Source: Hadesarchaea archaeon
GTDB taxonomy: Archaea > Hadarchaeota > Hadarchaeia > Hadarchaeales > WYZ-LMO6
Direction: 5' to 3'
Assembly: GCA_029259185.1 (NCBI GenBank)
Contig: JAPDJF010000014.1
Span: forward strand, 2,148-66,147
DNA length: 64,000 bases
Of the stretch, positions 45,737 to 55,661 are shown piece by piece. The notes below the pieces were generated by a model. That model was not told where the DNA came from. It saw only the letters and a program-made list of their open reading frames with translations, and made no database searches. The first letter of the stretch is position 1; each line of letters opens with the position of its first letter. The position numbers were made by a program, and so were the translations under genes.

Positions 45737-47020
45737 TCATCCCTCCAAACTCTGCATAAGGAGTTCAACCACGTCGTACACCATGAAATCCATTCCCTCT
45801 TTTTCGATGACGTCTTTGAAGTTCCTCTCACACCAAGGGCACGCGGTGACGATTGCATCGGCTCCGGTGGACCTCGCCTCCTCGATCCGCTCCTTAGCGG
45901 TCCAGAGGGCGAAGTCTTCGTAAGCTTCCTTCACTCCGCCCCCCGCTCCACAGCACCAAGACCATTCCCTGCGCCTATCCATCTCGACCAGTTCTAGGCC
46001 TGGGATGCTTTTGAGTATTCTTCGAGGCGGATCGTAGACCCCCCCAGCTCCTCTCCTTATCTGTTTCTGGGGTTCCGATATGGTGACTTGCCCTAAGACT
46101 TTCTTCCACTCTCCATTCCAAGGCTCATACGTTTCCCCAAGCCTACCCAAGTGACATGGGTCGTGATAGGTCACCCTCATGCGAACCTCCTTCACCGGCC
46201 TGATTTTCCCCTGGCTCATGAGCCTATCGATGAGTTCGGTGATATGAAGCACCTCCACATCCAGCTTGTGCCCGATCATGGGGTAAAGGTACTTGAACGT
46301 TCCGTAGCAATCCGAGCACGGAGTTACGAGTTTGCTGGCCCCCGAGGCCTTGATCCGCCGGATCATGTCGTCCGCGTACTTCTCCATCTCCCCACGATAT
46401 CCAGCATCGAAGACTCTTCCCCCACAGCACCCTTCTTCTCTTCCAGCGATTCCCAAGTTCACACCCGCATCTTTCAGGAGCGTTGCCGCATCCCTTATCA
46501 CCCCCCTCAGCTCTCCATCGTAAGAGAATCTGCACCCAGCGTGGAAGATCACATCGACCCTCTCTTCGTTGATGTCTTTCAGATCGAGACCTTTCGCCCA
46601 ATCTCCCCTCTTCGCTTTTGGTTCCCCAAAGACGTTGTCTTCTCTCTTCAGGCCGTCAACCATGAACTGGATTTCGAGGGGAATCTTTCCTTCCTCCACA
46701 GCCCTTATTTTGAGTTCCCTGGCGATCTCCAGCGGTTCAACGATTTCTCCTATCAAATGACACGTGACCTGACAGGCTCCACAGAGCTGGCACCTGAAGA
46801 TGATCTCTCTCAGCTCATCGGTTATCTCACTCCTCCTTTGGAGAAGGGAGTTAGCCGTTATCACCCTCCCTCCGCCCGAGTATGCGTGGAGGTTATATCT
46901 GGATATGGCCGGACAGCTTTGGGCGAATCTCCATCCCCTTATTTTGTTGAGTGGGATCCACTTGCACTGTGAACATCGGGAGCAGTATTTGGCTTCAAAC
47001 TCATAGTCCTCCAGGGCCAC
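45737..47020 (-). CDS. Fe-S oxidoreductase (GlcF/HdrD-like) with two 4Fe-4S motifs and CCG domains
   Basis: 427 aa. Clusters CSRCSQCKW...CP and CQLCGACQVTC. Two Cys-rich CCG-type segments (HAGCRFSY...; DPCHLGR...WCCGAGGG). Confidence 0.8.
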   Translation of the reverse strand: MALEDYEFEAKYCSRCSQCKWIPLNKIRGWRFAQSCPAISRYNLHAYSGGGRVITANSLLQRRSEITDELREIIFRCQLCGACQVTCHLIGEIVEPLEIARELKIRAVEEGKIPLEIQFMVDGLKREDNVFGEPKAKRGDWAKGLDLKDINEERVDVIFHAGCRFSYDGELRGVIRDAATLLKDAGVNLGIAGREEGCCGGRVFDAGYRGEMEKYADDMIRRIKASGASKLVTPCSDCYGTFKYLYPMIGHKLDVEVLHITELIDRLMSQGKIRPVKEVRMRVTYHDPCHLGRLGETYEPWNGEWKKVLGQVTISEPQKQIRRGAGGVYDPPRRILKSIPGLELVEMDRRREWSWCCGAGGGVKEAYEDFALWTAKERIEEARSTGADAIVTACPWCERNFKDVIEKEGMDFMVYDVVELLMQSLEG

Positions 47021-47029
47021 TCTTCCACC

Positions 47030-48505
47030 TCAGAAGCAAAGTTTTCCAGGGTTCATGATGTTTTTCGGGTCGAACACATTTTTCAACCTCCTGAGGACTT
47101 CCCTAGCCACCGCATCCCTATCGAAAACGATATCCGCGAGCAGGTCGTACGGTCTCGAGAAGAACGCACCATTTTCCATCAACGTTTTGCTCGCCCGTAG
47201 GTACAGGCTTTTGACAATTTCTTTCTGAGAAGAGTCGGTTGGGTCATAGGGAAGACGGAATTCGCAATGGTGACCGTGCCCCTGACACACGGGCTGGATG
47301 TAAACCCCTACCTCCGAGGGGGGGTATCCTTCCCTTCCGCAGATCTCCCCCATCAAGTTCACGAGTTTGGGTACCGCGTTGAATGAGGTTATGAAGTAAA
47401 TGTCTTGGCATCCACCCTTCTCCCTGATCTTCCAGTACGGCTCCTCGGATGGATTACTGGCCGTTCGAAGGAGCTTTTCCGCGGAGATCCCGGCCACGGC
47501 CTCAGAGATTTTCACCCCTATCCTCTGTCCCACCTCCTTCACATCTTTCTCTTGATATTCCACCCTCTCTTCAGGGAGATACTCGTAGCCTGCCAGACAG
47601 AATAGCAACACCCATGTAGGAAGTGCTTCCTTTAGATCTCTTATCGCCTCCCCGTCTTTTTCAAGAAGTGATGCCAAATTTTTTCCATTCAGGATGAAGA
47701 GTTCATCCCCCAGTCTGAGTCTCACGAGCCTGTATCCGAACTCGAGCAGGGTCTCCAGATCTTCACCTGCCGCTATGAACGGTTTTTGGATCCGAGGTAG
47801 GACCTCACACTTGATCGTTGACCAAGTGATGATTCCAAATGTCCCCTGGGATCCCTGAAGCAAACGCATGAGGCTTGTTTGGATTCCCTCACCGATCTTC
47901 TGTCGCCTGCCGGCCTTCCACTGCTCTTCGATCGTCCCAGGTCCTGCGGCTTCACCGGTTCGGAAGAGATCTCCGGTTCCGAACACCACCTCATTGCATA
48001 AAAGGGGATCCGAGTGATCGAGATGGTATTTTGGAATTATGTGGGGTTCTCTCTCAAGACAACTTCCTATCACCGATTTGGTTCTCCTCGGGGAGAGGGG
48101 CATGGGGACCCTCATTCCCTCCTTCTTCACGGCCTCTTGAAGTTCCCCCCATCTGACACCTGGCTCGACCATGACCACCCTATCCAACCGGTCCACCATT
48201 TTTATGCGGTTCATCCTGCTCAGGTCGACGATCACACCCCCAATCTCCGGGATCGTGTCTCCGCGGAACCGAGGGGGCCCCGAGCTGACGGGTATGAGGG
48301 GGATGTTCACTTCGTTCGCCCACTTCACTATCTCCACCACCTCCTCAGAACTTCCAGGCTTCACCACACCCCACGGTCTCCGGGGGGGCACGAAGCTGTG
48401 ATCAGAAGAGTATTGGTCTAGTGTTTCTGAATCTTCATAAAAGTTTTCGACCCCCACGATGTCGATTAGCCTTTCTTTCCTAAACACTTCTTTATTCTTT
48501 TTCAC
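47030..48505 (-). CDS. FAD-linked oxidase (GlcD-like, second paralog)
   Basis: 491 aa. PCMH FAD-binding domain (GVVKPGSSEEVVEIVKWANEVNIPLIP). Confidence 0.8.
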   Translation of the reverse strand: MKKNKEVFRKERLIDIVGVENFYEDSETLDQYSSDHSFVPPRRPWGVVKPGSSEEVVEIVKWANEVNIPLIPVSSGPPRFRGDTIPEIGGVIVDLSRMNRIKMVDRLDRVVMVEPGVRWGELQEAVKKEGMRVPMPLSPRRTKSVIGSCLEREPHIIPKYHLDHSDPLLCNEVVFGTGDLFRTGEAAGPGTIEEQWKAGRRQKIGEGIQTSLMRLLQGSQGTFGIITWSTIKCEVLPRIQKPFIAAGEDLETLLEFGYRLVRLRLGDELFILNGKNLASLLEKDGEAIRDLKEALPTWVLLFCLAGYEYLPEERVEYQEKDVKEVGQRIGVKISEAVAGISAEKLLRTASNPSEEPYWKIREKGGCQDIYFITSFNAVPKLVNLMGEICGREGYPPSEVGVYIQPVCQGHGHHCEFRLPYDPTDSSQKEIVKSLYLRASKTLMENGAFFSRPYDLLADIVFDRDAVAREVLRRLKNVFDPKNIMNPGKLCF

Positions 48506-48696
48506 CTATCATAAAAGTTTGCTGAGGGTGGTAAAGTTAAAACGATAGGAGATGGGACCCCATGGTGCCATAGGGCCCCTCATGAGCACGGATCACCGCA
48601 AGTGGTTGAGGGAGATCGGAAAAGTTTTGGACCCAAACGGGACCACGGACAGAATGCTTTTACCTCGATAGGGATCCGATTCAGCTCCAAGAGCCA

Positions 48697-49302
48697 TCAC
48701 GACTTGGAACACCTATTTTTCTTGATGAGTTTTCTCCAACAGGAATTGCAAAATCTAGGCGACTTTATATCGACTTCTACGATCGAGTTAGAAAAACTCA
48801 TAACACATTCACGATCCCTACAGTGGGCCAACCCGAACACGTGGCCAAGCTCATGGACGGCTTCCTTCGTTATCCGATCCAAGAGAGTAGACAAGCTCTC
48901 CTGACCGCCATAAAACTTCGGATCCAGCCTATGAATGGATACGAGCGCCCCTCTTCCCGGACATTGGGCCAACCCGAAGACGAAGTTCAAACTGGGCACG
49001 TAAAGATCCACTCCTGTGATCGCGAGTACCGACCCACCCATCCGTTCGAGGATATATCGCAACATCACGTTCGCATTATATTGTCCCCTCCTCGGATTGT
49101 ATGCTTCCAGGGGAACCTCCATCGGAAGCCCCAGCGAGACTTTTCTCAAAAGAGGCCCAAAAGCTCTACTAAGCCCGGGCTCGAGAGCGAGGACCAGCTC
49201 CCGTGGAACCTCACCGATGGGAAGCAAGTGAAGGGAAATCGACATCAAGAGAAAAACGAGACTTTCAACGTTTAATCCTAAGGGATTCTGATCAAAATAC
49301 TT
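48697..49302 (-). CDS. amzA: archaemetzincin (zinc metallopeptidase)
   Basis: HELGHVFGLAHC (HExxHxxGxxH) plus a downstream Cys pair (CNSC). The start was trimmed to the MSISLHLL Met. The longer track ORF overlaps cdc6 by 288 bp on the opposite strand. Confidence 0.7.
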   Translation of the reverse strand, partial: KYFDQNPLGLNVESLVFLLMSISLHLLPIGEVPRELVLALEPGLSRAFGPLLRKVSLGLPMEVPLEAYNPRRGQYNANVMLRYILERMGGSVLAITGVDLYVPSLNFVFGLAQCPGRGALVSIHRLDPKFYGGQESLSTLLDRITKEAVHELGHVFGLAHCRDRECVMSFSNSIVEVDIKSPRFCNSCWRKLIKKNRCSKS

Positions 49303-49323
49303 ATTGAACACCTCCCACTGGGT

Positions 49324-50535
49324 ATGGGGCTTATGTTCGACGAGATCTTCAGGGAGGAACTCGAAAAGGAGTCCGTCTTCACCGACGCCAGCAAACTCCT
49401 GCCCGATTACCTCCCTGAGAAACTTCCATGCCGGGAGGAGGAATACAGGCAACTCGTCAGGTTCTTCAAACCCCTGCTCGAGACGAGGTGTCCTCAGCGG
49501 GTGCTGATAACGGGCAAGATAGGGGTGGGCAAGACCGCGCTTGCCCGACGATTTGGCCAGGAGATCGAGAGAGTGGCTCGGAAAAGTGGGATGAACCTCG
49601 ACTACATCCACATCAACTGCAGGGGGAAGAGGACATCTTATTCCCTCTTGTTAACCATAGTTCACCGTTACTTTCCGAGGTGGCCCTCAAGGGGGGTGGG
49701 GGAGGGTGAGCTACTCTCTATGCTCACCAGTCACTTGAACAACCACGATGTATTCTCGATCATAGCCCTAGACGAAATCGACTATTTCGTCCAGCTGAGT
49801 GGATCCGACGTGCTCTATTCCCTCACGAGAGTGTCCGAGGAAAGTGGAACACCGGGGAGGATAAGTCTTATAGCCATATCCCGAAATAGAGATTTCCTCA
49901 AAGGATTGGATGCTCCCACCCAAGGAACTTTCCTACACAATGTCCTAGAACTGAACCCCTACACCGCCGATCAGTTAGAGGAGATACTGAAGTACAGGAT
50001 GAAAGAAGCGTTCAAGCGGGGAAGGGTTCAAGAGGACGTGATTCCCCTGATAGCGGAAATATCCTCTAGGAGCGGGGATGCGAGATTCGCCCTCGAACTA
50101 CTTTTCAGGGCGGGGATGATAGCGGACGAGGAAAAGAGTAAGGTTGTCTTGCCCGAACACGTGCGAGCTGCCAAAGCTTCCGTTCTCCCCGAACTCAGAA
50201 AAGATGCCATGGGGGACCTAACCCTCCATGAACTACTGGTACTTCTAGCATTGGTCAGGAGACTGAAGACGAGCAACCGAGCATACGTCCTGACAGGGGA
50301 ACTCGAAAAGAGTTATCACCTCGTGTGTGAAGAACTAAAAGAACGACCGAGACAGCACTCGAGGATGCTGAGTTACCTGTATCGACTCAGAGACCTAGGG
50401 TTCGTAGAAGTTCAACCCACCACCATACATCCAAAGGGCCAAACACAGAAGATCAGTTTGGAAGAGGTTCCAGCTCGGGAACTTGAAAAAGAGGTGGAGA
50501 AAGTGTTGGAGAGCCTCCGAAAGGAGGAGACCTAG
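49324..50535 (+). CDS. cdc6: Orc1/Cdc6 replication initiator
   Basis: 403 aa. Walker A ITGKIGVGKTALAR, Walker B ALDEIDY and sensor motifs. C-terminal winged helix. Confidence 0.9.
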   Translation: MGLMFDEIFREELEKESVFTDASKLLPDYLPEKLPCREEEYRQLVRFFKPLLETRCPQRVLITGKIGVGKTALARRFGQEIERVARKSGMNLDYIHINCRGKRTSYSLLLTIVHRYFPRWPSRGVGEGELLSMLTSHLNNHDVFSIIALDEIDYFVQLSGSDVLYSLTRVSEESGTPGRISLIAISRNRDFLKGLDAPTQGTFLHNVLELNPYTADQLEEILKYRMKEAFKRGRVQEDVIPLIAEISSRSGDARFALELLFRAGMIADEEKSKVVLPEHVRAAKASVLPELRKDAMGDLTLHELLVLLALVRRLKTSNRAYVLTGELEKSYHLVCEELKERPRQHSRMLSYLYRLRDLGFVEVQPTTIHPKGQTQKISLEEVPARELEKEVEKVLESLRKEET

Positions 50536-51080
50536 GGTTTGCCGAGCAAAACATTTGTCGCTTTGATTATCGCTTTAACTTTGCTCCCCGGTTTGAGTCC
50601 TAAGGCTTCGGCGGCTTCCCTAGTTATGTAAGCCGTTAGCGTGCCCGGTTTCTTAGCTTCTAGCTTGACCACCGCCCCCACCTCTCCCACCTTGACCTCT
50701 TTCACCACACATTCTATTTGATTTCTAGCCGAAAACTTCATCGAGATGTCCTCCCAGAAGGTTTCCTCCGCTACGATCTCGTTGATGGAAGTCTTAAGCC
50801 TCTCAAACTCCTCCAAAATTTTTCTTCCAACCTTTGTCAGTCTCATCCCCCCTTTTTCTTTTCCTCCGCGGGTAGCCGCCACGATTCTAGCTCCAAGCAC
50901 TTTCTCCAAGGTTTTGATGATACCCCACGCGTATCTATAGGACATGCCCAGTTTTCGAGCTGCCCTGCGGAGAGAGCCCTCCCTCTCGACCGCCCGCAAC
51001 AGCTCGATCCTCCCCTCCCCCACCAAGGGTCCCTTCCTAGACTCGAGCCAAAGCTTGATTTTGGGTCTCGCACCCTTCAT
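50532..51080 (-). CDS. modE: ModE-like molybdate/tungstate-responsive regulator (HTH plus TOBE/MOP domain)
   Basis: 182 aa. N-terminal LysR-type HTH (GSLRRAARKLGMSYRYAWGIIKTLE). C-terminal MOP/TOBE fold. Divergent from the wtp operon. Confidence 0.7.
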   Translation of the reverse strand: MKGARPKIKLWLESRKGPLVGEGRIELLRAVEREGSLRRAARKLGMSYRYAWGIIKTLEKVLGARIVAATRGGKEKGGMRLTKVGRKILEEFERLKTSINEIVAEETFWEDISMKFSARNQIECVVKEVKVGEVGAVVKLEAKKPGTLTAYITREAAEALGLKPGSKVKAIIKATNVLLGKP

Positions 51081-51145
51081 GATCCTCCCTCTTTACCACT
51101 TTCGGACATTTCTGGATATCGTTATGTTTTTAAATACATAACGAG

Positions 51146-52177
51146 TTGAAAGTGAGAATGAAAAATTGGCGGGTATACTTGATCGGACTCGGGACGATCG
51201 CGATCCTAGGAATATCGATGTGGGCGAGTCTAGCCCGCCCGCCCGAACTGAAAGTGTTCTTAGCCGGAAGCCTCATGGGGCCATTTGAAGAACTGGAATC
51301 CTCTTTCGAGGATGAATTTCATATCGATGTCCAGCTCGAACCTCATGGAAGCGTGGAGGCCATCATGCAAATAACCGAACTCAATCGATCGGCCGACTTG
51401 GTGGCTGTAGCCGATTACACCCTCATACCACAAATGATGATGCCGGAGCACGCTGATTGGTACATCATTTTTGCTGGGAATGAAATGGTATTGGCATTCA
51501 AGAGAGGAAGCAAGCACGCATCGGACATAAACGAAAACAACTGGTACAGGATACTCGGAGAACCAGAAGTGAGGTTCGGATTCAGTGATCCCAATCTAGA
51601 CCCGTGCGGATATCGAACGCTCATGCTGATCCAACTCTCCGAACTCCATTACGAAAACGATGAAATTTTTGAGGATCTGATCTCCACCAACACGGGGATA
51701 GAATCGAAAACGGTGGATGGAGGATACATCATAGAGGTTCCCAGTTCTGAATACTTGGAACCCAACACGGATAAAATTGAGATCTCCCCGAAGTCTGTTG
51801 AGTTGCTATCCAGATTGGAGGAGGGGGGCCTCGACTACGCGTTCGAATACAAGAGTGTAGCGGTACAACATGGTTTCGAGTTTTTAGAATTTCCGCCCCA
51901 ACTGAACTTAGGTGATAAAAAATTCGAGAACGTTTACTCGCAAATTAGGGTCTACCTGAGCAACGGAAAAATCAAGAAAAGGGGGAAACCCATCCTCTAC
52001 GGGGTCACCATCCCGAAGGGCGCGAAGCGTGAAGTAGATGCCGTGAAGTTCATCCAGATGCTGATCGGCGAAGAGGGGCAACGAATTTTAGAGTCGAAAG
52101 GACAACCTCCCGTGTTCCCCCCAGTCTTGATAGGTGAGGATCTCCCAGAAGAACTTTCCTCCCCGGTGGGTCAATGA
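51146..52177 (+). CDS. wtpA: tungstate/molybdate ABC transporter substrate-binding protein (WtpA/ModA-like)
   Basis: 343 aa. N-terminal TM/signal anchor. Archaeal WtpA-like fold (VFLAGSLMGPFEELES...). Confidence 0.7.
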   Translation: MKVRMKNWRVYLIGLGTIAILGISMWASLARPPELKVFLAGSLMGPFEELESSFEDEFHIDVQLEPHGSVEAIMQITELNRSADLVAVADYTLIPQMMMPEHADWYIIFAGNEMVLAFKRGSKHASDINENNWYRILGEPEVRFGFSDPNLDPCGYRTLMLIQLSELHYENDEIFEDLISTNTGIESKTVDGGYIIEVPSSEYLEPNTDKIEISPKSVELLSRLEEGGLDYAFEYKSVAVQHGFEFLEFPPQLNLGDKKFENVYSQIRVYLSNGKIKKRGKPILYGVTIPKGAKREVDAVKFIQMLIGEEGQRILESKGQPPVFPPVLIGEDLPEELSSPVGQ

Positions 52178-52962
52178 AAGTGGGGACCACCCTATCGTTC
52201 ACCCTGTTAGCATCTCTTCTCCTAGCCCTCCTCGCATTACCTCTGGTCACCATCCTCTTCAAACAGCTCGCTTTCGATTTTCAGGGTTTTCTTTCCACCA
52301 TGAGGGACGGAGCAACCTTGAGAGCAGTGGGACTTAGCTGCTTCGCTGCCTCCATCTCGGTTTTGATTGCACTCGTTTTGGGAACCCCCCTAGCCTATCT
52401 GCTGGCCCGCAAGGAGTTTCGGGGAAAAAAGATCATCGAAGGATTCGTGAACCTACCCGCTGCCGTCCCTCACGTGGTGGCCGGTATAGCATTGCTGACC
52501 GTTTTCGGGAGAGGGGGATGGATAGGAAGGTCCATCTCCCCCATCCTCACCGTCGAAAATTCGATGCTGGGGATAGTCATAGCCATGCTGTTCGTCTCCA
52601 CTCCTTTCTTGGTCAACTCAGCCGTGGATGGATTCAAAAGTGTTGATCCGAGGCTTGAGAGAGTGGCCAGATCGCTGGGGGCAACCGAGTGGGCGGTTTT
52701 CAGAAGAATATCGTTTCCGCTCGCTTTCCCCCACATCTTCAGCGGCGCGGTGATGAGCTGGGCACGCGCGATAAGTGAGTTCGCAGCGGTTGTGATGCTG
52801 GTTGGGTTCTTCCCGATGATAGCCCCGGGGATGATCTGGTATAAGTTTTACACCGCTGGTCTCCAAGCCAGCATGGGTGTGGCCACACTTCTCCTCATCA
52901 TTTCCCTATCCGTGTTCGTGCTCCTCAAGTACACAGGGGTGAGAATGTTTGCTGAGCATTAG
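52174..52962 (+). CDS. wtpB: ABC transporter permease (ModB/WtpB)
   Basis: 262 aa with 6 TM helices. The EAA-like loop ARSLGATEWAVFRRISFP is present. Confidence 0.85.
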   Translation: MKVGTTLSFTLLASLLLALLALPLVTILFKQLAFDFQGFLSTMRDGATLRAVGLSCFAASISVLIALVLGTPLAYLLARKEFRGKKIIEGFVNLPAAVPHVVAGIALLTVFGRGGWIGRSISPILTVENSMLGIVIAMLFVSTPFLVNSAVDGFKSVDPRLERVARSLGATEWAVFRRISFPLAFPHIFSGAVMSWARAISEFAAVVMLVGFFPMIAPGMIWYKFYTAGLQASMGVATLLLIISLSVFVLLKYTGVRMFAEH

Positions 52963-53995
52963 AGGCATGTCCAAGGAATGGGGTGGATTCTCCCTGAGGA
53001 AGATAAATCTGGAAGTCCAAGGAGGGGAGTACTTTGTCATCCTAGGACCCACGGGCGCGGGGAAGACCCTCCTGCTCGAAATCGTGGCTGGATTTCACCG
53101 GCCCGATGAAGGGAAGATAATTGTCGGGGGGGAGGATGTAACGGACTTACCACCAGAGCGGAGGAGAATCGGTTTCGTCTACCAAGAGTACTTCTTATTT
53201 CCCCACCTCAAGGTTAGGGAAAATGTGGAATTCGGGTTGAGGATGAGGGGGGAGGACGAGAAGAAAATTCGGAGAAGAAGTTTGAGAATTATGCGCGCGT
53301 TGGGAATCGACCACTTGAAGGCGCGATACCCAGCAGCCTTGAGCGGGGGGGAAAAGCAGAGAGTAGCGCTCGCCCGTGCCTTGGTGCTAGAACCCAGGCT
53401 TTTACTCCTCGATGAGCCCCTGAGCGCACTGGATCCGATCACTCGGGAGAATTTAAGGAACGAACTCAAGTCGGTGCATCGGAGATTCGGAACGACCTTC
53501 ATCCATGTGACCCATGATCGGGAGGAGGCCCTCCTACTCGCGGATCGAATCGGTGTGATGAACAAGGGGAGAATCGTGGAGATCGGTGAACCGGAGAAGA
53601 TCTTCCGGAAGCCGAGGTCAGAGTTCGTGGCTAATTTCGTCGGGTTCGAAAACGTCTTCCGTGGGACATCCGTGGCGAAGGGAGGGATTGCTGAAGTCGA
53701 TCTAGGGAATGGGGTGAGAATCGAGGCAGTGGGTGAAAAATCTGGTGGGGTGAAAGCTTGTATACGACCCGAGGAGATCTTCCTATCTAAACGTCCCCTC
53801 GAATCGAGCGGGAGAAATGTGCTGAGGGGATGGATTTCTGAGATCTCGGATCGCGGGGCGACGGTGAGGCTCAAAGTAAGGGCCGGAAAGGAGTTCGCGG
53901 TCATCGTAACGAAGAGATCTTTCGAAGATCTCAAATTAAGAACGGGTTCTAAGGTATACCTGACGTTCAAGGCTTCCGCCGTTCACTTGATTTAG
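52949..53995 (+). CDS. wtpC: ABC transporter ATPase with C-terminal TOBE domain (ModC/WtpC)
   Basis: 348 aa. Walker A GPTGAGKT, signature [15 protein letters not shown] and Walker B LLLDEP. C-terminal MOP domain. Confidence 0.85.
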   Translation: MLSIRGMSKEWGGFSLRKINLEVQGGEYFVILGPTGAGKTLLLEIVAGFHRPDEGKIIVGGEDVTDLPPERRRIGFVYQEYFLFPHLKVRENVEFGLRMRGEDEKKIRRRSLRIMRALGIDHLKARYPAALSGGEKQRVALARALVLEPRLLLLDEPLSALDPITRENLRNELKSVHRRFGTTFIHVTHDREEALLLADRIGVMNKGRIVEIGEPEKIFRKPRSEFVANFVGFENVFRGTSVAKGGIAEVDLGNGVRIEAVGEKSGGVKACIRPEEIFLSKRPLESSGRNVLRGWISEISDRGATVRLKVRAGKEFAVIVTKRSFEDLKLRTGSKVYLTFKASAVHLI

Positions 53996-54188
53996 CCTTT
54001 TTGAACTCCGTGTACCCACATCGTCCGCAAGACCAGCGGTTTCCATGTTCGGCCATGAAGACCCCCGGACCACACCTGGGACACATCGGCCTCAAATGTT
54101 TGAGCTTTCCGTCTTCCACTTTGTAAAACCCGCTCTTAACCTCCCTCGCCACCGCTTTCACCTCCCTGCGTTTCCTCTTTTCCTTCAC
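53967..54188 (-). CDS. rps27ae: ribosomal protein S27ae (eS31) zinc-ribbon
   Basis: 73 aa. [27 protein letters not shown], with a basic N-terminus. Confidence 0.8.
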   Translation of the reverse strand: MKEKRKRREVKAVAREVKSGFYKVEDGKLKHLRPMCPRCGPGVFMAEHGNRWSCGRCGYTEFKKAKSSERRKP

Positions 54189-54468
54189 CTACTTTTTTAC
54201 CCCTTTCTAAGAGGTACCTCGGCTCGAGCTTGTGGAGTTCCTCCACGGAGCGGTACACGTGAGCTATTCCAGAGGCAACCTGCTGTCCGTACAGACTCGC
54301 CATCTTCTGGATCACTATCAGTTCTTCGCCTACACCGAGTTCGGATGCGAGGCGGGCTCGCACCTCCATCCTGCTCGGGGTGGGTCCATGAGGATGTCGA
54401 ACCACGAACCGTACCTCGGTACGCTGAAGCAACGGATTTTCCTTCCTCTCGATTACCTTGAGTTCCAT
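54136..54468 (-). CDS. rps24e: ribosomal protein S24e (eS24)
   Basis: 110 aa. [41 protein letters not shown] matches the S24e N-terminus. Overlaps rps27ae. Confidence 0.8.
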   Translation of the reverse strand: MELKVIERKENPLLQRTEVRFVVRHPHGPTPSRMEVRARLASELGVGEELIVIQKMASLYGQQVASGIAHVYRSVEELHKLEPRYLLERGKKVGEGKEETQGGESGGEGG

Positions 54469-54827
54469 CGGAACCTCTATCTCTCTGACACGGGATTTTT
54501 ATAACTCTACCGCCGGGGCCTCTTGCGGAAACGAGGAAACTCACCATACATACTCCGGATCCCAGTTTCTCCGTCTCCTTGGACTTCATCCCTTCGCTGG
54601 AAAGTTCAGCTCAACAAGTGAACTACCCCCCCTCACGGAAGGAGCTTCTCCGACCGTGCCTTCACGGCTTGGAACTCCAGCACGGACCCTTTACGGAGAC
54701 CTCTGTCCCAGAGGCGTCCCCGACAAAGATTTGCGGGCTCTCACCCCCTCCCTTTCGGAAGGGGAACTTCCCACCCGCATCAGTTAAACCACCTGCACCA
54801 ATTAAAAGTTCGGTGAATATCTTTTAT

Positions 54828-54902
54828 GGGGTCGTGGGGTAGCTTGGTCTATCCTTCTGGCTTCGGGAGCCAGAGACCTGGGTTCAAATCCCGGCGACCC
54901 CA
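54828..54902 (+). tRNA. tRNA-Pro (anticodon CGG)
   Basis: Acceptor GGGGTCG/CGACCCC. Anticodon stem CTGGC/GCCAG with loop TTCGGGA. T-arm CCTGGGTTCAAATCCCGG and discriminator A. Confidence 0.85.
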
Positions 54903-54925
54903 CACCAGCTTCTTTTACGAGGAGA

Positions 54926-55195
54926 TCAGAGATCCGGTATCTCACCGGAGTCGATTGCCGCCTGAAATACCGAATTAGCGGCTTCGATGTATTGATTCCC
55001 AGGTATCAACTCACGACTGATGGTTCGCACGAGTTCCTCTGAGATCCTGCCCTCCCTCACCAACTGATGTCCAGCCTCTCTTGCGGCGTCGAGTATATCG
55101 TCCATCTGCAGTCCCAGCCTCTTAAGCAGTTTCAAGCCACCTCCATGGGGGGGGGCAAGAGGGCTCCCGCGAAGTCTCGGTTCGCGTTCTTGCAA
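54926..55195 (-). CDS. hypothetical protein
   Basis: 89-aa ORF. Weak evidence. Confidence 0.25.
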   Translation of the reverse strand: MQEREPRLRGSPLAPPHGGGLKLLKRLGLQMDDILDAAREAGHQLVREGRISEELVRTISRELIPGNQYIEAANSVFQAAIDSGEIPDL

Positions 55196-55638
55196 GATGC
55201 CTTCACGTGGGTCACGAGTGGATCGAAGTTATCTACCTCCGCGAGAAGACCCCTTCCGCAAGGGAGGGAATGAGGGCGATTACCCCAAAAAGATATAAAA
55301 CCTAGCCACGTATATACGTTTGGTAAGTATGACTCGCCATGTCCTCGAAGACCGCGACCACTTCGTACCCTCTTTCTTTCGCGTACTCCCGAAGCATTTC
55401 CCGCTGGCGCTTCAGATCGTCTTTCCGGTCTGCGGACGACACCCTCGCATATTGCCTGATTTTTCCGCACTGGCTGGCCGAGCAAACGCTTGATCTCGCT
55501 TTCGGGGATGCGGTATTGTCCTCCGAGTGTCTTTATCGCATCCACCTTACAAGCGTAGATCCACTTCTTCATCGTGTTGAAATGGATACCCAGCAGTCTG
55601 GCGGCTTTGCCTGTTGAGTACAGTTTTTCCTCGCGCAT
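55132..55638 (-). CDS. MerR/excisionase-family HTH DNA-binding protein
   Basis: The N-terminus STGKAARLLGIHFNTMKKWIYACKVDAIKTLGGQYRIPESEIKRLL is an HTH_17/excisionase-type domain. Confidence 0.5.
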   Translation of the reverse strand: MREEKLYSTGKAARLLGIHFNTMKKWIYACKVDAIKTLGGQYRIPESEIKRLLGQPVRKNQAICEGVVRRPERRSEAPAGNASGVRERKRVRSGRGLRGHGESYLPNVYTWLGFISFWGNRPHSLPCGRGLLAEVDNFDPLVTHVKASCKNANRDFAGALLPPPMEVA

Positions 55639-55661
55639 TGCAGTATTGTTTTAGGTAGCAG

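Noticed and set aside
46151-46972. 273-aa plus-strand ORF inside the Fe-S oxidoreductase gene
   Set aside because: Antisense to a gene with clear 4Fe-4S and CCG motifs. No motifs of its own.
49303-49611. N-terminal 103 codons of the archaemetzincin track ORF
   Set aside because: They overlap cdc6 on the opposite strand. Archaemetzincins are about 180-200 aa and the internal Met gives that length.
53179-53970. 263-aa minus-strand ORF inside the ABC ATPase gene
   Set aside because: Ser/Arg-rich antisense translation. The ATPase frame has Walker A/B and the ABC signature.
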